64,000 nt of DNA from assembly GCF_036321535.1 (NCBI RefSeq), contig NC_087437.1:100256001-100320000 (forward strand). Direction: 5' to 3'. Positions 13,831 to 28,222 of this stretch are shown piece by piece. This DNA is from Camelus dromedarius. Its lineage: Eukaryota. The position numbers and the translations under genes were made by a program. Numbering within the stretch: the stretch's first letter is position 1; the number at the start of each line of letters is the position of its first letter. A model generated the notes under the pieces. The model saw nothing but the letters and a program-made list of their open reading frames with translations, was not told the DNA's origin and did no database searches.

Positions 13831-15412
13831 AAAAATTCATACCTTTTCTCCGCTCTGAACCTCAGCATCCATGTGTGAGAAATGAATAAGACAGACTGAT
13901 CTCTTGGCTTTTCTCTGTGTCTAAAGTTCTCTGATATAGTAACATAGATGTTAGAGAATAACCTATGGTGATTTAAAACGGTAAGTGAGGAAACACTGAA
14001 ACTAAATACACTTCCTCTAACAAGTCCAGGCAGACTTGAATAGCCAACGTATTAACAGCAATTGTGTTCATGTTAGTAAATTCCATGATATTAAAAAAAA
14101 AAAAAAAAGATGAAGGTAGAAAAGCTGTTTCTTCCAGACTTGCAAGGCAAGTGGTCCAGGGAGAGGTTATCAGAAGAAGCAAATCTAGCCGCACCGGCAG
14201 CTGAGCAGTTCTGTACTAGGGGGATGAGCTGGCAGGGTGATGGCACCTCCTCCTGCCTCGGTGACAGGATTTTCACATAACCTATGTTCCTGCATATTCA
14301 TACATCCCTCCATCCTCTCCTGATGTTTATCTTGGAAGCACTGCAGATTTTGACCAAGTTAGGTATGGACTCTGTAAACTGTATCACTGTTACCATGTTC
14401 ATAGAAGGTAATTATCACTTGCCCTTGAGCTCCTTCAAGAATTGACACATTCAATGAGTAAACTTTGGAGTTAAAGTTTTAAATCCCAGGAACTGGACCG
14501 AATGGGATTTAGCAGAGAAGTAAACAGGAGATAATTCTACTCATCCTCACTGAATCACTAGTTTTCCCAATGCTTCTCAAGGTCTCCTAGTTGGAGGAGC
14601 ACCCATCGCCATCACCTAGGCTAGCACAAGCATTCTGAGACCTTCGCTCCTGCTGTCACTCATGACCACCTCCGGCCTTCTAGAGTAGCAAGGAGAGATC
14701 CTGAAAACTCCTGGAGGAAGCTGTGCTCCCATATAACTACAGAATTATCTCCCGCCATGGTAACCTAAGGTAATCTTAACTCTTTGGTCCCTAGAACATG
14801 AGACTTCATGAAATTAGCATACTTCTTCTTTGACTCAACACCCAGGCATTCCAGGAATTCTGGATACCAATGTTTATTAAACATTTGTGTAGCTCTTAAT
14901 ATTATTGACACAACCACCATATTTATTACCAGGGGTAGGGGTCAGTAATGAATTCCACTTTGCATTTACTATTGGGGACAGACTGCCATTGTCAACTAAC
15001 ATTAGTTTTCTGTCTCTTTAATCTCAGACATCCCTTGTAAAAACTCTAGCATCCCTGGGTCTATACTGCAGCAGGGATTTCATTTTGAGTAAAAGAATTC
15101 AGGAGTAAAAAAGTGAAAACTGCCTTCCACATCAATAATGAACATTAGACAAAATCATGCCATTTTGACATCCCGTATTACACTCCGGGGATCTTATAAT
15201 GAATTGCATTTTCTACCAAATCAGGGCTTGGTAATGTACTCCAGAACCACAGAAAATTTGTCTGTCTGGTTCCCTAATTTATACCTAATGTCTATAACAG
15301 TATCTATCACATATTTGTTAAGAAAAAAGTAAGTATTTTAAAATTTTTGAATGGATAATGTATGCACACAGTACAAAATTCAAAAGATATTATACAGTGA
15401 ACACTTAGTTTT

Positions 15413-15562
15413 ATGCAATGAAAATTTGTATTGTTTGTTTTCTGAGGGGGAGGTAATTAGGTTTCTTCATTGATTTCCACTTGGAGGAGTTACCCGGGAT
15501 TGAACCCGGGACCTCTCACATGCTAAGCATGCACTCTACCACTTGAGCTATACCCTCCCCCC
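15413..15562 (-). mobile_element. tRNA-derived SINE (vic-1-like)
   Basis: SINE body with flanking repeat tatacagtgaacacttagtttt / tatatagtgaaaacttagtttt. Confidence 0.85.
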
Positions 15563-16234
15563 TATATAGTGAAAACTTAGTTTTTCTCCCATGGTCTCCC
15601 AGCCACCCAACTACCATCCTCAGAAGCAATAAGTATGATCAGTGTTTTTCTATATCTTTCCAGAAATAATAATCATATGCATACACACATACATATACTG
15701 TACTTCACACAAACGGTGGTTTATGACAGACATGGTTTTGCATCTTGCTTTCTTCTATTAACAAGATATCCTTGATATGTTATTATTGCACAAATAGAAA
15801 TTTATTATCCCATAAAAATGCTGCCTCAATGAAAGATACTTTGGTTTTCTCACCTAGTCAATATGTGAAGTTAGTTAAAACTGGTTTTGCTTTCCAGTGA
15901 GAATTTTGTAAACTATAAATATGATTTTTAAAAAAGATTGAGTTTCCAAAAAGAAAGCAATAAGAATCCAGAAATTAAATGTCTTCCTGGATTGGAGTAT
16001 ACCTTATAATTTAAAATTCTTCCAGGATGCCCTAGGTTTCAGATGGACTCAAGCAGGGTCCTTGCAAAAATCCAAGAATGTGTCTCTTTCCCTCTGACTT
16101 ATGAATGCTGAAAGCCACATATAGAAGGCGCCTAGCTAAAATAAAATCGAACTAAGAAAAAGCAGAGTCAAAGGAACTAGCTGAGTCATGATGTGTTCAT
16201 TTGAACCTGTGGATTCAGCCATGCCTGAAGCAGG

Positions 16235-16462
16235 TTGGGACTAGGGTGAGACAAGTGAGGCACTCATCTTAGGAGCGAAATTTAAAGGGATGCAAACAAA
16301 ACTCAGTTATCAAAAAAACCCAGTATTTTAAATGATATTTTTAAAAATCAAAATTAATATAAAAAAAACCATGATGGAAAAAAATTAACTTATTAAATAA
16401 AAACAGGATCCTACTCTGCACTTGCATTACCTACCTCACTTGCCTCCCTCTAATCCCAGCTC
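16235..16462. mobile_element. Non-autonomous DNA transposon (hAT-like MITE)
   Basis: Imperfect inverted ends gggtgagacaagtgagg ... cctcacttgcctccc around an AT-rich core. Confidence 0.55.
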
Positions 16463-16639
16463 TGAAACAGCCTGGTTATGTGAGCAGGTAAATTCTAGAA
16501 ATTCTTTTTTTTTTCACCTAAGTTAATTTTAGTTCTACCACTTCAAACTGAAATAATACAGAACTTCACAGTGTCATTGCAGGCATTACATGATTTGATC
16601 ATCTGGAGCTTAGCAACTAACATGGTGCACATAATACAT

Positions 16640-17158
16640 AAATGTCAGTTGTTTGGGCTGTTGTTATTCCCTAAAGCGCCCCCTCTCCTCTCTTATCATC
16701 CTGAAATACTCCAAACTCTGATCCAAATTCATTACAGATATTTTCAAATTTGTGAAATCAGCCCTATCTACAGGAGTCCTGGGCTCACTCCCAGGTGCTG
16801 TGCTCTGAATCCACCAGTTCCCAGGTCAAGCTGCCCACAGGCTGCTTCCAGCCAATGGCCCCATGTTGTAGGGAGATAAAGGGAGGCTCGTTCCTCACCT
16901 GGTGACTTTGGCTTGAGGGCTCCCCACTGGCTTTGCCCAAACTTTTGAACTGCACTACAGTCTGAGACTCTTCCCACCCACCCTTCTTTCCTTCCCTCTG
17001 TCCTTCAGGGGAGTCAGATCAGTGTTGTGGTCTGAGGATCTCTCAGCCTCCCCTGTTCCCTCTCTCTCCATTTCCCTCACAGGGATTTTCCCCCAGAAAC
17101 ATCATGCACTTCTAACCCTGTCTTGCCATTTGCTTCTTGAAGGACCTGAACTAACACA
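16640..17158 (+). mobile_element. ERVL LTR relic (LTR16-like)
   Basis: Ends tgcttcttgaaggacctgaactaacaca; a similar relic lies at ~19290-19735. Confidence 0.5.
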
Positions 17159-18437
17159 GGTCTGTCTTTTCATTCCAGAGTGCACGTTTCTCCCTAAATG
17201 ACTCAGGCCTAACAGGACTATCAGACTTGTTGAACACAGACACACACACACACACTCTTAGAATCAAAGGTCAAAACTCCTTGGCCATCAGGTCAACCTT
17301 AGAGACTTTGCTGTGTTACTTAACGGAAGTCAGGCTCTGGTTGAAACAGATTCTCAGGGACCATGAGCACCAGCAGATGATCAAGAAGCTGAAATTACGG
17401 ACAATTATTCCTCTACCTCCACTTCCTCCTCCTCCTTCTTTTTTTCGGGGTGGGGGTGGGGTGGCCATAATTCATTTCTTTAAATTAGTTAAGAAATAGG
17501 AATAATCCCAGTATATTCTAGCTTAACTTTCTGAAACACCTATATCCCTGGCACCCCAAAATTGGAGCTTCTGCCCATAACCTATAGTTCATGGCCCCTT
17601 CCCCTCCACTCATCCCTAGTTACTCAGGAACCACATGGAAACCATGTAGGTCAAACATGGTGCCACCATTTACTCTCCTGTCGATCAGCAGGTCCTCTTG
17701 GAAAACAAAAACACAGAATTCTTATGCCTCCAAGAGCTGTTTTACAGTGTCTACACTGACCAGCTTCTGTGTAAGAGAAAGCCTCTGTCTCAGCAGTGAA
17801 CCAGACGGCTGCCTGCCTAGGCCCCCGTGGTATACCAGACCCTAGGAAATGCATGCTACCAACACTGGGTCACCTGAAGGCATAACCCACCCACAAGAGA
17901 GATCCAGTGACCCCAGGTCCACTGCAATGAGACAAAGTACTCATGTCCCTTGTATCCCAATGTGCCAGGTCTGTGCCTGAAATCTCACCAGTAAACCCAA
18001 AAGCCTTCTGCTCGACCTGGAGCAGGCAGGGAGAGCTATATTTACTGGTTTCATGATGTTGGCCTTTGTTCCTGAGTCATAATGACATCATGGCAATTGT
18101 GGGTACTGTTTCAATAATGATTCATTTTCCTAAGTACTGGTAATCTCCCTCCCACAACCCTCAGTACTGTGGTGCTTGAAACTCGTATTGCCACTGATAC
18201 TACTGTCCTTGAAACTGATAACAGTTACTATTTCTGGAGAAAGTATAGATGACTGGCATTCAGGACCTAGAGGAAATTTTTTATTTTTATATCTTTTTAC
18301 GGTTATTGAAGATGGGGCCATATAATTGCATTATCTACTCTGCAAACAAAATGTACAGTGAAATAGATTACTGTGCTGTTCCTATAGAAATTTTAGAAGC
18401 AGACTGAGGCTCACAATTCCCCCCTCGGGAAGATACA

Positions 18438-18795
18438 TGTCTTAGTCTGTTTGGTCTGCTCTAACAAAATACCACAGACTGAGTGACTTCAACAACGAAT
18501 AGTTATTTCTCACAGCTTTGGAGACTGGGAGGTCCAAGATCAAGGTGCAAGCACATTCAGTGTGTGGCAAGGACCCTTTTCCTAGTTCAAAGATGACCCT
18601 CTTCTCACTGTGCCCTCACATAGTGGAAAGGGTGAAGTGGGTCTCTGAGGTGTCTTGTATGAGGACACAATTCTATTCATGAGGGCTTAACCTTCATGAC
18701 CTAATCATCTCCCAAAGGCCCTCAGATACCATGACATTGGGGATTCTCTAACGTTCAACATATGAATTTTGGGATAACACAGTTAGTCTACAGCA
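18438..18795 (-). mobile_element. MaLR LTR (MLT1A-like)
   Basis: tgtcttagtctgtttgg...gtctacagca with near 5-bp TSD ATACA/ATACT. Confidence 0.85.
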
Positions 18796-20151
18796 ATACT
18801 ATTCTTCAGTCACTAGGAATTTCTCTGTTACAACATTCTTACAATATCTTAGTTATGCCATCTGCTACAAGGACCCACCTGCTGGGTCTCCCTCTTTCAT
18901 ACAACTGAGTCCTGCTAATAATGAAATCCATACCTCCATCTAGAGTATGGTATTTCAATATAAGTCTGGAGTTTGTTACTCCTACCTCAAAATGCTTTCT
19001 TCCACAAGGCTTTCCATGATAGATGATTCCCTTGCTGGCCCCAATCACTCTGTATTTACCTTTCAGTGCTAAGACAAGGTAAAATTTTTCTAAATCAGCA
19101 TAGATCCCCCAAGACAGAGACTCTTTGGCACTTCAAGTGGAACTTCAAATTCCCAATAAATTGAATGCAAAATTCATGTATATATGTATGCACTTCTTAT
19201 TTTTTCTAGTGAAAGGATCTATAACTTTAGTCAAATTCTCCAAGTGACTGATAACTGCCCAAAAAACTTAAGAACCATGTAACAGATGCTATAGGTGCCT
19301 AGCCTATATCCATCCAGCATTTACTGTTCACACATTTCCTGTGGGTAAAAGCCAATGACTGACTGTCTGCCTAAAGGCTTTCTCCAGGTCTAGGAATGTG
19401 CTAGACCCTTAAAGGACCAATGGGGAATGCTGGAGAGTTAATATCCCCAGGAAGAGCCTTTAGCCATTGACGGATGAGAGCTGGTAAGTAAACCACCCCA
19501 GCTCCTCACCCATCAAATGGGACAACTCTCAGATTTATTCTACATAATCTTCCAGGATCTCCCCTTAGGATTAAATCATTGTTCACAGAGTCAATCTGCT
19601 CATCAACATGCCTTCTACTGGCTGTCTTCCATGGTACCCCACTTCCCCACTTCCCTGCTCATGATTCCTGGGATCACCTTCTAAATAAAAGCCTACACTG
19701 AGATCTGTACCTCAGGGTCAGCCCAAGTCAAACCACTGCCCTGTTGGTTCCCAGGTAGATAATCCATTCTAGCTATCATTTGGGTCATCTATACACTAAC
19801 CAACCAACACTAAAATCAGAGTGTCTGCTCAACGGGCCTAGACCTACATCCATCATTGGAAATCTGCCTGCGATTTGCTAATCACTTCTGTAGTGCTTAC
19901 ATTAGACCCTACTTTGTATCCAAACTCACACCACACTCCATACCGCCCTGGAGGTAATTTTTGGGGAAAATGAATTACTCTTCCTAATATTTTAGGTTTC
20001 TGGGCTTCTTAAAAATTCTCAGTAGCCCTTTGAGGCCTGAGGGAAAAAAATAAAACCAGTGGAAGGGGAGCTGACCTAGAAAACAGGAGGTTAAGTGTTC
20101 ATTTCCTCATTCTATTGAAGATTACACCCTACTTGGGTTTATTTGTTTTTT

Positions 20152-20311
20152 GTGGGGTTTTTTTTTTTTTGGTGGGGGGAGGCTGTTTGTTTGTTTGGGG
20201 GGAAGCTGATCAGGTTTATTTATTTATTTATTTTTAATGGAGGTACCGGATTGAACCCATGACCTCATGCCTGCTAAGCATACACTCTACCACTGAGCTA
20301 TACGCTCCCCC
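20152..20311 (-). mobile_element. tRNA-derived SINE (vic-1-like)
   Basis: SINE body; TSD tgggtttatttgtttttt. Confidence 0.85.
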
Positions 20312-21231
20312 TGGGTTTATTTGTTTTTTTAACTTGAATCAAGACTCTTCCTTCTTGCTATGATTACTTGGCTTTCATGCTTCTTAAGAAATTAATCAGA
20401 ATCTTAGTAGCATTCTAAGAAGTCAGTCCCTGGAATCTGCAGGCATGTCTTTTGGCAGATGGCTTTTTGCGGTTCTGCAGACCAAACCTAGTTATCCATT
20501 TTGAGCTGTCATCTGAGTTTCTATCTGAGTTGCCAATGTTTGTCCATTTGATTCTTCTCCTGTCCATTAAGCAATTTTAGTGCATGAAAGAGCATCTACA
20601 CAAAGAGAATGTCAGGAAGCCGACAGCCATTTGTTAAGAGCCATATGGGATATGTCGGGAGTCTTCACCAGAAATCCATTTCTTTTCTTAATCAAGAAAG
20701 TAGGAAACATAGAATATTGAAATAAAGAGCTCAAAAAAAAAAAAAAAATAGGACCTAGCACATCTACAGGACAGTCTGGAAAATTCCCATCATGTTAACA
20801 GAGTCGAATCTTTGCACCAAACGCATTTCTACGTGGTCAAGCCAGAGTGTACTAAATCTCTATCACAATGACACAAATACTAAAATGCTATAAACTGGAG
20901 CTACCTAAATACTTTTAAAATAAACACATATTAAATATACCTCAGTGTTCTTTCCTTACTTTTGTTAAGTTTCTCCAAAGGGTTGACTGCCATGCCCAAC
21001 CCTTCCCAGCATCTCCTGCAAAATCAGAAGTTTGTTTGACTTATTGACACAGAAATTAATCTCCTTTCAGTGATTCTCCCAATGGTCCTTCCTTGCTTAG
21101 CAATAGCAGCACCAGGGAAATAGAAAACAAACAAACAAAACCAAACTTAAACACAGTTTACTTTTACATGCAGTAAAGTTTACATAAAAGTGAAACCACA
21201 AGGCTCAGCAGTGACATAAAAGCTTTTTTTT

Positions 21232-21358
21232 AAATTTTTTTTTGTGGGGAGGAGGGAATTAGGTTTATTTATTGTTTTTAGCGGAGGTATCAGGGATTGA
21301 ACCCAGGACCTTGTGCATGCTAAGCACACACTCAACCATTGAGCTATACCCTCCTCCC
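21232..21358 (-). mobile_element. tRNA-derived SINE (vic-1-like)
   Basis: gggattgaacccaggacc...gagctataccctcc. Confidence 0.85.
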
Positions 21359-21532
21359 AAGAATGCTTTTTTAAATGACAAAAAATTTTTAAATCTTAAA
21401 TCTTTCAAGGGATTTTGAATAAAGAATGTTTAACTGACTTTTAAATTTACAAAAGTGAGACAAGTGAGATTACCTTGACAGCTTGCCCATCTGCACAATG
21501 GTAAAACTCCTCCTTTATCAAAAATTTTACCT

Positions 21533-21696
21533 ACAAGGGCCTACTGGATAGCACAGGGAACAATATTCAATATTTTGTAATAACTTATAATGGAAAAGAA
21601 TCTGAAAAAGAATATATATATGTATAACTGAATCACTTTGCTGTACACCTGAAACTAACAAACATTGTAAGTCAACTATACTTCAATTTAAAAAAC
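21533..21696 (+). mobile_element. Short L1 3'-tail insertion (cetartiodactyl type)
   Basis: atagcacagggaac...gctgtacacctgaaactaac...caactatacttcaatt + A tail. Confidence 0.85.
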
Positions 21697-21879
21697 ATTA
21701 CAAGTTTCCTAGTCCTTTAGAGCTCAAGCTGTAAGTTGGGATAATTTGTTCTCACTACTAGCAATCTGAAATTAGAAATATCCTATATACCTATGAATGG
21801 CTGTCCAAAGATCAGCCTTTCCCTCCCCACCCCCACTGCCCCTGGGCACCCCCATCACTTCACCTTTCTTCTCTTCTTC

Positions 21880-22925
21880 GTTACCGATTAGCAGAACACC
21901 TTTGTTCTATTCCAAATTCTGATGTGTGTGTATGCTACCAAGCAATTCTGTGACACCAGCTGGGTGTCCTACAGCTCAACTCAGCTCTACACTATCTACC
22001 CAGATAGCGCATCCGATTCCACAGGTTGAGGGCTCAGTCCTACAAGAACCACCCCCTACCCCCAACAAACAAACACACATTCAAAGGCCAGTTTCAAGCT
22101 CTTATTATCACCTTGCTTCTGACTGACTGGCTATTGATTGGAGGTTCCAAAGGCTCCCTCCATGGGTTCAATTAATTTACTAGAGCTGACTTCAGATACC
22201 AGTCACAAATCCAGACTGTTACCTGTACTTCTGACCAACTGGCTATAATTCAGTTTCCCAGAACCCCCTCCTTGGGTTTGGTTAATTTGCTATAGTGGCT
22301 CACAGAACTCAGCAAAACTGGTTTATTACAAAGGCTAGGTAGGAATCAACAGTCAGATGAAGATATACACAGGGCGGGGTCCTGAACAAAGGTGCTTCTG
22401 TCGTCACGGAGTTTGGGGCCTGGCATGGTGGCACTTGAAAGGGTTCTGGTTTACCGACCAGGAAGTTCTTCAAACCCCTTCCTTTTGAATTTTTATGGAG
22501 GATTTATCACACAGGCATGAGTCATGAAATCACTGGCTGTTGGTGACTGAGTTAACCTCCAACTCCCTTCCCCTCCCCAGAAATCAGGGGGTGGGACTGA
22601 AATTCCCAATCCTTTGTTCACAGATAGTTTCACTGGCAACCAGCCACCCCACCCCCACCATCTTCAGGGGATTTCCGTAAGTCACCTCATTATCATAAAC
22701 CCAGGGATGGTGGAAAGGAGCTTGTTATGAAAATCAAGACACCCTATTCCTCTGAACACGAGACCAAATATTGTAACAAAAGATGCTCCCATTGCTTTAA
22801 CTGCTTAGGAAGATTCCAAGCGTTCTGGGAGCTGTGAGCCAGGTACTGTGGACAAAGACCAAATACATATGAGAAATACATTTTGGTCATCTGAATGGCC
22901 AAATACATATATTTGGATATCGCAG
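21880..22925 (-). mobile_element. MER21-like LTR
   Basis: gacaccagctgggtgtcctacag...gggctcagtcc motif shared with 55440-56190; internal repeat of gggttcaattaatttactagag. Confidence 0.7.
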
Positions 22926-25900
22926 CTGTTACCTTCCCAAACCCATTAACAAGGTCGCCAAAGTTGCCTGGGGCCACAGGTGTTTCAACTGTAACCAGGG
23001 TCCTTCACTCCCACTTTCCACTCCATCCCCCAGCATCTCTCCATGCTAGCTCACTCATCCCTACCTGAAAGATCTCCCTCTCATTTCTTTAAATGCAAAT
23101 GTAGTCCCTTCTCCCGAAAACTATACTAGTTCCACATGGTAATACATGCAACTTGCCCTTAAACATTCTATGCTCCATTGTTCCTGGGAAGAGAATAAGG
23201 TTTGGCCAAGAAGCCTCACTCCCAAGTCTATGCCTGAGGGAGAGAAGTTGCTTCCCTGGGTGCTGAGTTGGCTTTGTGAATGCGGGTTCTCATAGAACCA
23301 TTCTTACAAATGACGTTTCATCTGCTCTATCAGGAACACCACAGTCTAACTGGGTATTTGTGTGTTTTCTAGGGAAATTAAGGAAATCAGCGTGGCTAGT
23401 ATGAGATTTACACCAATACAAAAAAAAAAAACCCACTAATTCCTCAAAGGAGTGTAATCTAGGTTCCAAAATGTGGTTCTCCAGCCAGGTCGTCTCTCTT
23501 TCTGGCTTCTCCACTTGGATGTCCCCCAGGCGCCCAAAACCTAACATTTACACTTCACCGAACCTGCTTGTCCTCCAGTCCCTGTTTAGTTAATAGCACC
23601 TTATCCACCGAATCCCCAGCCTGGAAACCTGAGACAGCTCCGATTGTTTCCTGTTCCCCACAGCCCACACCCAGCTGGGCTCAAATCCTGCCCGTCCTTT
23701 CTCCACAATGTCTCCCTAGTCTCCCTCCTGCCACAGCTGGAGTTGGGACCCCACCAGCTTTTACTGTAACTATTGACAATAATTTCCTCAGTCATCTCCT
23801 TCCTTTGTTCCTTCCTACTCTCTTTGCAGATCCATCCTCGGTTCTGCCTCTGGAGTTTTCTTCCCAAAACACTGATAGGATTATGACAGGCCCTGTTTAA
23901 AACAAAAAGCAACAACCACACACACACACACCTGACTTCTGAAGATTCTCAACTTTAGGTATATACTTTTAAAAATATTTTTTAATTGAAGTATGATTGA
24001 CCTACGACACTACGTTAGTTTGAGGCACACAGCACAGTGATTTGATGCTTCCATACAAAGTGGTCACCACGAAGAGAGAGTCTTGCCCACTCTGTGTTTC
24101 ACCAGAGCAACTGGTCAGTACATCTGTGGCATTTGCTGGCAGCAGCTCTCCATGCGTCTCAGACGTGAGCCCTCCAATAAGGCCAGGAAACAGCTTGAAT
24201 GAATGTATCTAGTCTTCTCCCAGTCTTGCTCAGATGTCCAGAAAAGAGAACCACAGTGAGAAAACTACAGGGAAATACAGAGAGAAGTACACTCCTGGGG
24301 TTCGAGTGGGGACTCCTGCTCTGGAAATAATCCACTGGCTTTCTTGTCTAATCTCAGATTTCCAAAGACCAGAGATAAAACGTTGTATTAAATTGTGGAA
24401 GCCCCTCTTAATCACAGTTTTTATGAGATCGCCCCCTTTCAACATTTCCCTGATTTGTCTCTTGTCAGCTTACTAGAGTTTTAATGGTTTTAGCTTGAAT
24501 TAACTTGCTAAAACAATGTACAAATTTTCCTATTCAGGTATGTTAGAATAATGACTTAGAACACCAACCATTTTCTTCTGGATTATAATTCCAAATTGAA
24601 GCTCAGAATTTGGGGTCAAATTCTGAAAGAACATTCTTCCTAAAATCTAAATTAACTTAGTCCACAAATATATTTTGAGGCCATATTTAGCACCAAGCAC
24701 TCAGCTAGATGTGAGGGCTACAGCAGTAAGGAAAACTAGGGGAGTGGGACAGGCATCAACCAAACAATCCCCTGGCACAGTCAAGTATAAAACTGCACGT
24801 GTGACAAGTGCTCTGACGGGGCGATGCCTCATACTTGGAGAAACAGTAAGGCTGGAATTTGATTTAGTCCAGGGGTCCCCTAGGGAGGAACATGATGGGG
24901 AGCAGGAAGGATGACTAGGAGATACCCACTTGAGACAGTCAAGCGTTCCGGGCAGAGGGAACAGCACAGGCAAAGTGGCTGTAGCCAAGGGGGAGAGTAA
25001 GGAGTATGAGATGGGCTCGGAGAGGCAGGTAAGAGCTAATCCCTTCATAGTTAAGGAGTATTATCTTTACCATAAACGTAATGGAAGCCCATAAAGAGCT
25101 AACACTATGGGGAGGGAATGGGTGCTAGTGATTATGGTCTAATCAAAGAAAGACTTACTCTGAATTCCATCTCCGAAGCAGCCCTGGGATGCTTTGTTAA
25201 CACTTTCATGCCTCCAAAACCCGAGTTTCTTTACCTATAACCAGTTGGCCTCCATGCATGTCATCTGAAGTGCTGGGAGATATTGTAGGGAACAATGAGT
25301 CAGCTGCTGAGATCTTTGAATTCCTTGGATGAAAGATGTTATACAGCCTATAAATGTAAAGCATTGTTATTACCTATCAGACAGACAGCTGCCTCTAGCC
25401 AAAAAGGAAACCAGCAAAATACAAAGTGTATGAGGCTTCACCCACTTCTGTGATATTTAAATGTATAATCTGGGTATAAATTAAATGGGTTTAACGCTGG
25501 GGAAGCGCAGCATCTTTGATCTAAAGTGCCCAGAGCACTCTGCAAACATGAAGTCATCCATTCTCGAAAGCCACTACAGAACTTTCTTCCTGAGAACTAT
25601 GATAGTTCTCACAAAGTTTAACTTTCTTTTTAAAAGTCACCACCAAAGTTGGGGTAAAATCTCTGAAAAAAGGACATAAGCTCCTGGTTTACAACGCCTG
25701 TCCTTTTTTTTTTTTTTTTTTTCTCATTCAAACAAGCAAACAAAAAACACCTTAAAGCTGAAATATTAAATATAGAATTGGAGATGAAGGAAGAGCTAAA
25801 ATAAAATAAGCAATAAACTTTCTTCCCTAGATAAATATCTTCTCTCTTTCTTTAGTACAGGACAATTTAGTACTTTATGGATTGTTCTGGCCCAAGAGGA

Positions 25901-26549
25901 AAAGTGGAGAAAAGGGATGGCAGATGAAATAACCTTAAGGATAGGCTAGACTTTTGGCAAAAGAAGTGAAATAGAGACAGAGATGAGAGAGAAATTTGTA
26001 AACTGATTCCTCTCTTTTCCTTTCAAAGAAAACCTTTAATATTATTGGAATCATCAGAACAACTGACACTGGGGTGGAGAGAGGTAGGAAGAGACAAGCA
26101 AAGCCCGGAGGCAGCTTGCTCAGGGCCTGTGAAAATGTTTTCAGTTCCTTTAAAATCAGAAGAAATAATATGATCTAGTTTGGATTAAATTTGTCTTTAT
26201 ATCAACACAGCCATATAAGACAATTTAAAAAAATGTTTTTTAATGATGGAAGGGGTTCACAAAGGCAAAAATACCCAGGGCCTGTGAAAGTTAAAATGTG
26301 GCTTTAGAAATGCCTCACTTAGGAATTTTGAAGAAAAATGACTGAGGAAATCCTCGACAAAGATTTACTTATTCTACTCAGACACTAGAGAATCTCACAA
26401 AAGCAACTAAATATCATGTTTTTCAGGTGATTCAACAAACTGAATGGAGCCAGCTAAGTGAACAAATCTGGACGGCTATCAGCAAAGGAAGACGTCGTGT
26501 GATTTCTCCATATACCTAACCTACAGAGCACCGGATTGTTATTTTATTT

Positions 26550-26744
26550 AAAAGGCCTATTGAGGCCACTCTCCCTTCTGAGTAAGACAGCCTGCACTCT
26601 GTCTTTGGAGTGTGAATCTACTGAGCCCCCACACCTCACTGCATTTCTCCTGCCATCTGACACAGGCTGCACTCTGTCTATGGAGTATGTATCTCTCTGA
26701 CTAAATCTACCTTTACTCAAAAAAAAAAAAAAAGGACTATTGAG
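26550..26744 (+). mobile_element. Processed (polyadenylated) retrocopy of an ERV LTR fragment
   Basis: 15-bp TSD AAAAGG(C/A)CTATTGAG, poly(A) 26719-26733, body similar to the reverse complement of 34000-34160. Confidence 0.8.
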
Positions 26745-27381
26745 ATGAGAGGCATGAACCTCACTGAAAATTTGTAACTACAAGCCCTTCCTCATGCCAG
26801 TTTCTGAGCCAAATTTACATCAACTGTGTCATCTGATAAACTTACTGCCAAAATCTGTTTTCAATTTTTCCTGGATTGGTGGTGCCCCTAATATCCTGGC
26901 AGAAGCTAATACAAATTCTCTCTCAAGGAAAGCACTTAAAACTCTCAAACAATTCACACAGATAAATTCCACAAACATGAGCCTACAGTAAAAAAAATAG
27001 TCATAAAACATGAAAAAAGAAGCCTAACATAAGCAAGAATCTGTATGAACAAAAAATAAAATGACACAGAGATTTCAAAGAATGTAATTATTGCACACCT
27101 AATATATATTGTGTGTCTAATATGCTTAGAGAAATATGAGACATTTGGAAGTATGAGTAGGAAATAGTATTTTGAAAGCATTGACAGAACGCACCGATAA
27201 GTCCCAAATTTGATACCAAGAACTCTTTTAAGAATGAGGGCAAAATAGATACTTTTGGACAAACAGAAACAAAGTTTACCTTAAAGAGATCCTCACTAAA
27301 GGATATACTTCCAGAAGAAGGAAAATTATTCCAGAGGTGGTTTGAGATGCAAGAAGAAATGGTGAAGAATGTGTAGACTAG

Positions 27382-27799
27382 TGACTAAAGTACAACCTTA
27401 GAGTCTGTGGACCTTACTGAGACCTATAGCCTGGGTAGCTCTGAGGAACAGCTCCAAAGCAGTAAGGGAGGAGCCAGGATATATAGATGTTTTTAAGCAA
27501 AAGCTTAAAAAAAAAAAAAAAAGCCACGCAGTCAAACATCAAAAGATTACTGCCAGTCATAAAAAACTGATGTCTCAAGTTAATGATTTTAGAGCTTTTC
27601 TGTATATGGGAAGATGCAAGAGTCTGGGCTCACTGAAATTATTCCTTAGACACCTATCTTAACCAGATAGGGCTAGTATCCAAAGTGCAGAGTGCTTTCT
27701 GTTTTTCTCCATCCTGAATTTCCCTAAGGGCGCACCTTAGGGGGAGGGGCAGCTTAGTTCTTGTAGAACTGGAATGACAGGCAGCATTGCCTTTCCACA
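27382..27799 (-). mobile_element. ERV1 solo LTR (MER41-like) within old L1 relic
   Basis: Reverse-complement similarity to 745-1266. Confidence 0.65.
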
Positions 27800-28121
27800 A
27801 GACAAGTCTAATTAAACCTCGGCTATACAAAAAAAAAAAAAAAAAAAAAAAGACAATATATAATCATAAAGTGGATACAGTAAAAACAATGGATTATAAT
27901 AAATTAGGAGAGGGATTTGATAGGTGTTAAACCAGTCTAAGATTCTTGTATTATTTAGAGAAGGGTAAAGATATTAATTCTCTATAGACTTTAAAAAGTT
28001 CACTACGCATGGGGACATTTCACCCGAATTGAGGGAAGATTTTTGAATAAAGATGGAGAACTATACACGTGCATTTGCCTCTATTCCTCCCAAAGAAAAA
28101 TCTCATTAAAATTACAGTAAA

Positions 28122-28222
28122 CGGGGGTAGGGGAGGGGGGCGAGTGGAGGGTATAGCTCAGTGGTAAAGCACATGCTTAGTGAGGTTCAGTGCCCAATAC
28201 CTCCATTAAAAAAAAAAAAAAA
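28122..28222 (+). mobile_element. Partial tRNA-derived SINE (vic-1-like)
   Basis: gagggtatagctcagtggtaaagc...cctccatt + A tail. Confidence 0.75.

Noticed and set aside
14330..18420. Possible ERVL/MaLR internal relics (~14330-15290, ~17500-18420)
   Set aside because: Resemblance too weak to assign family or boundaries without a repeat search
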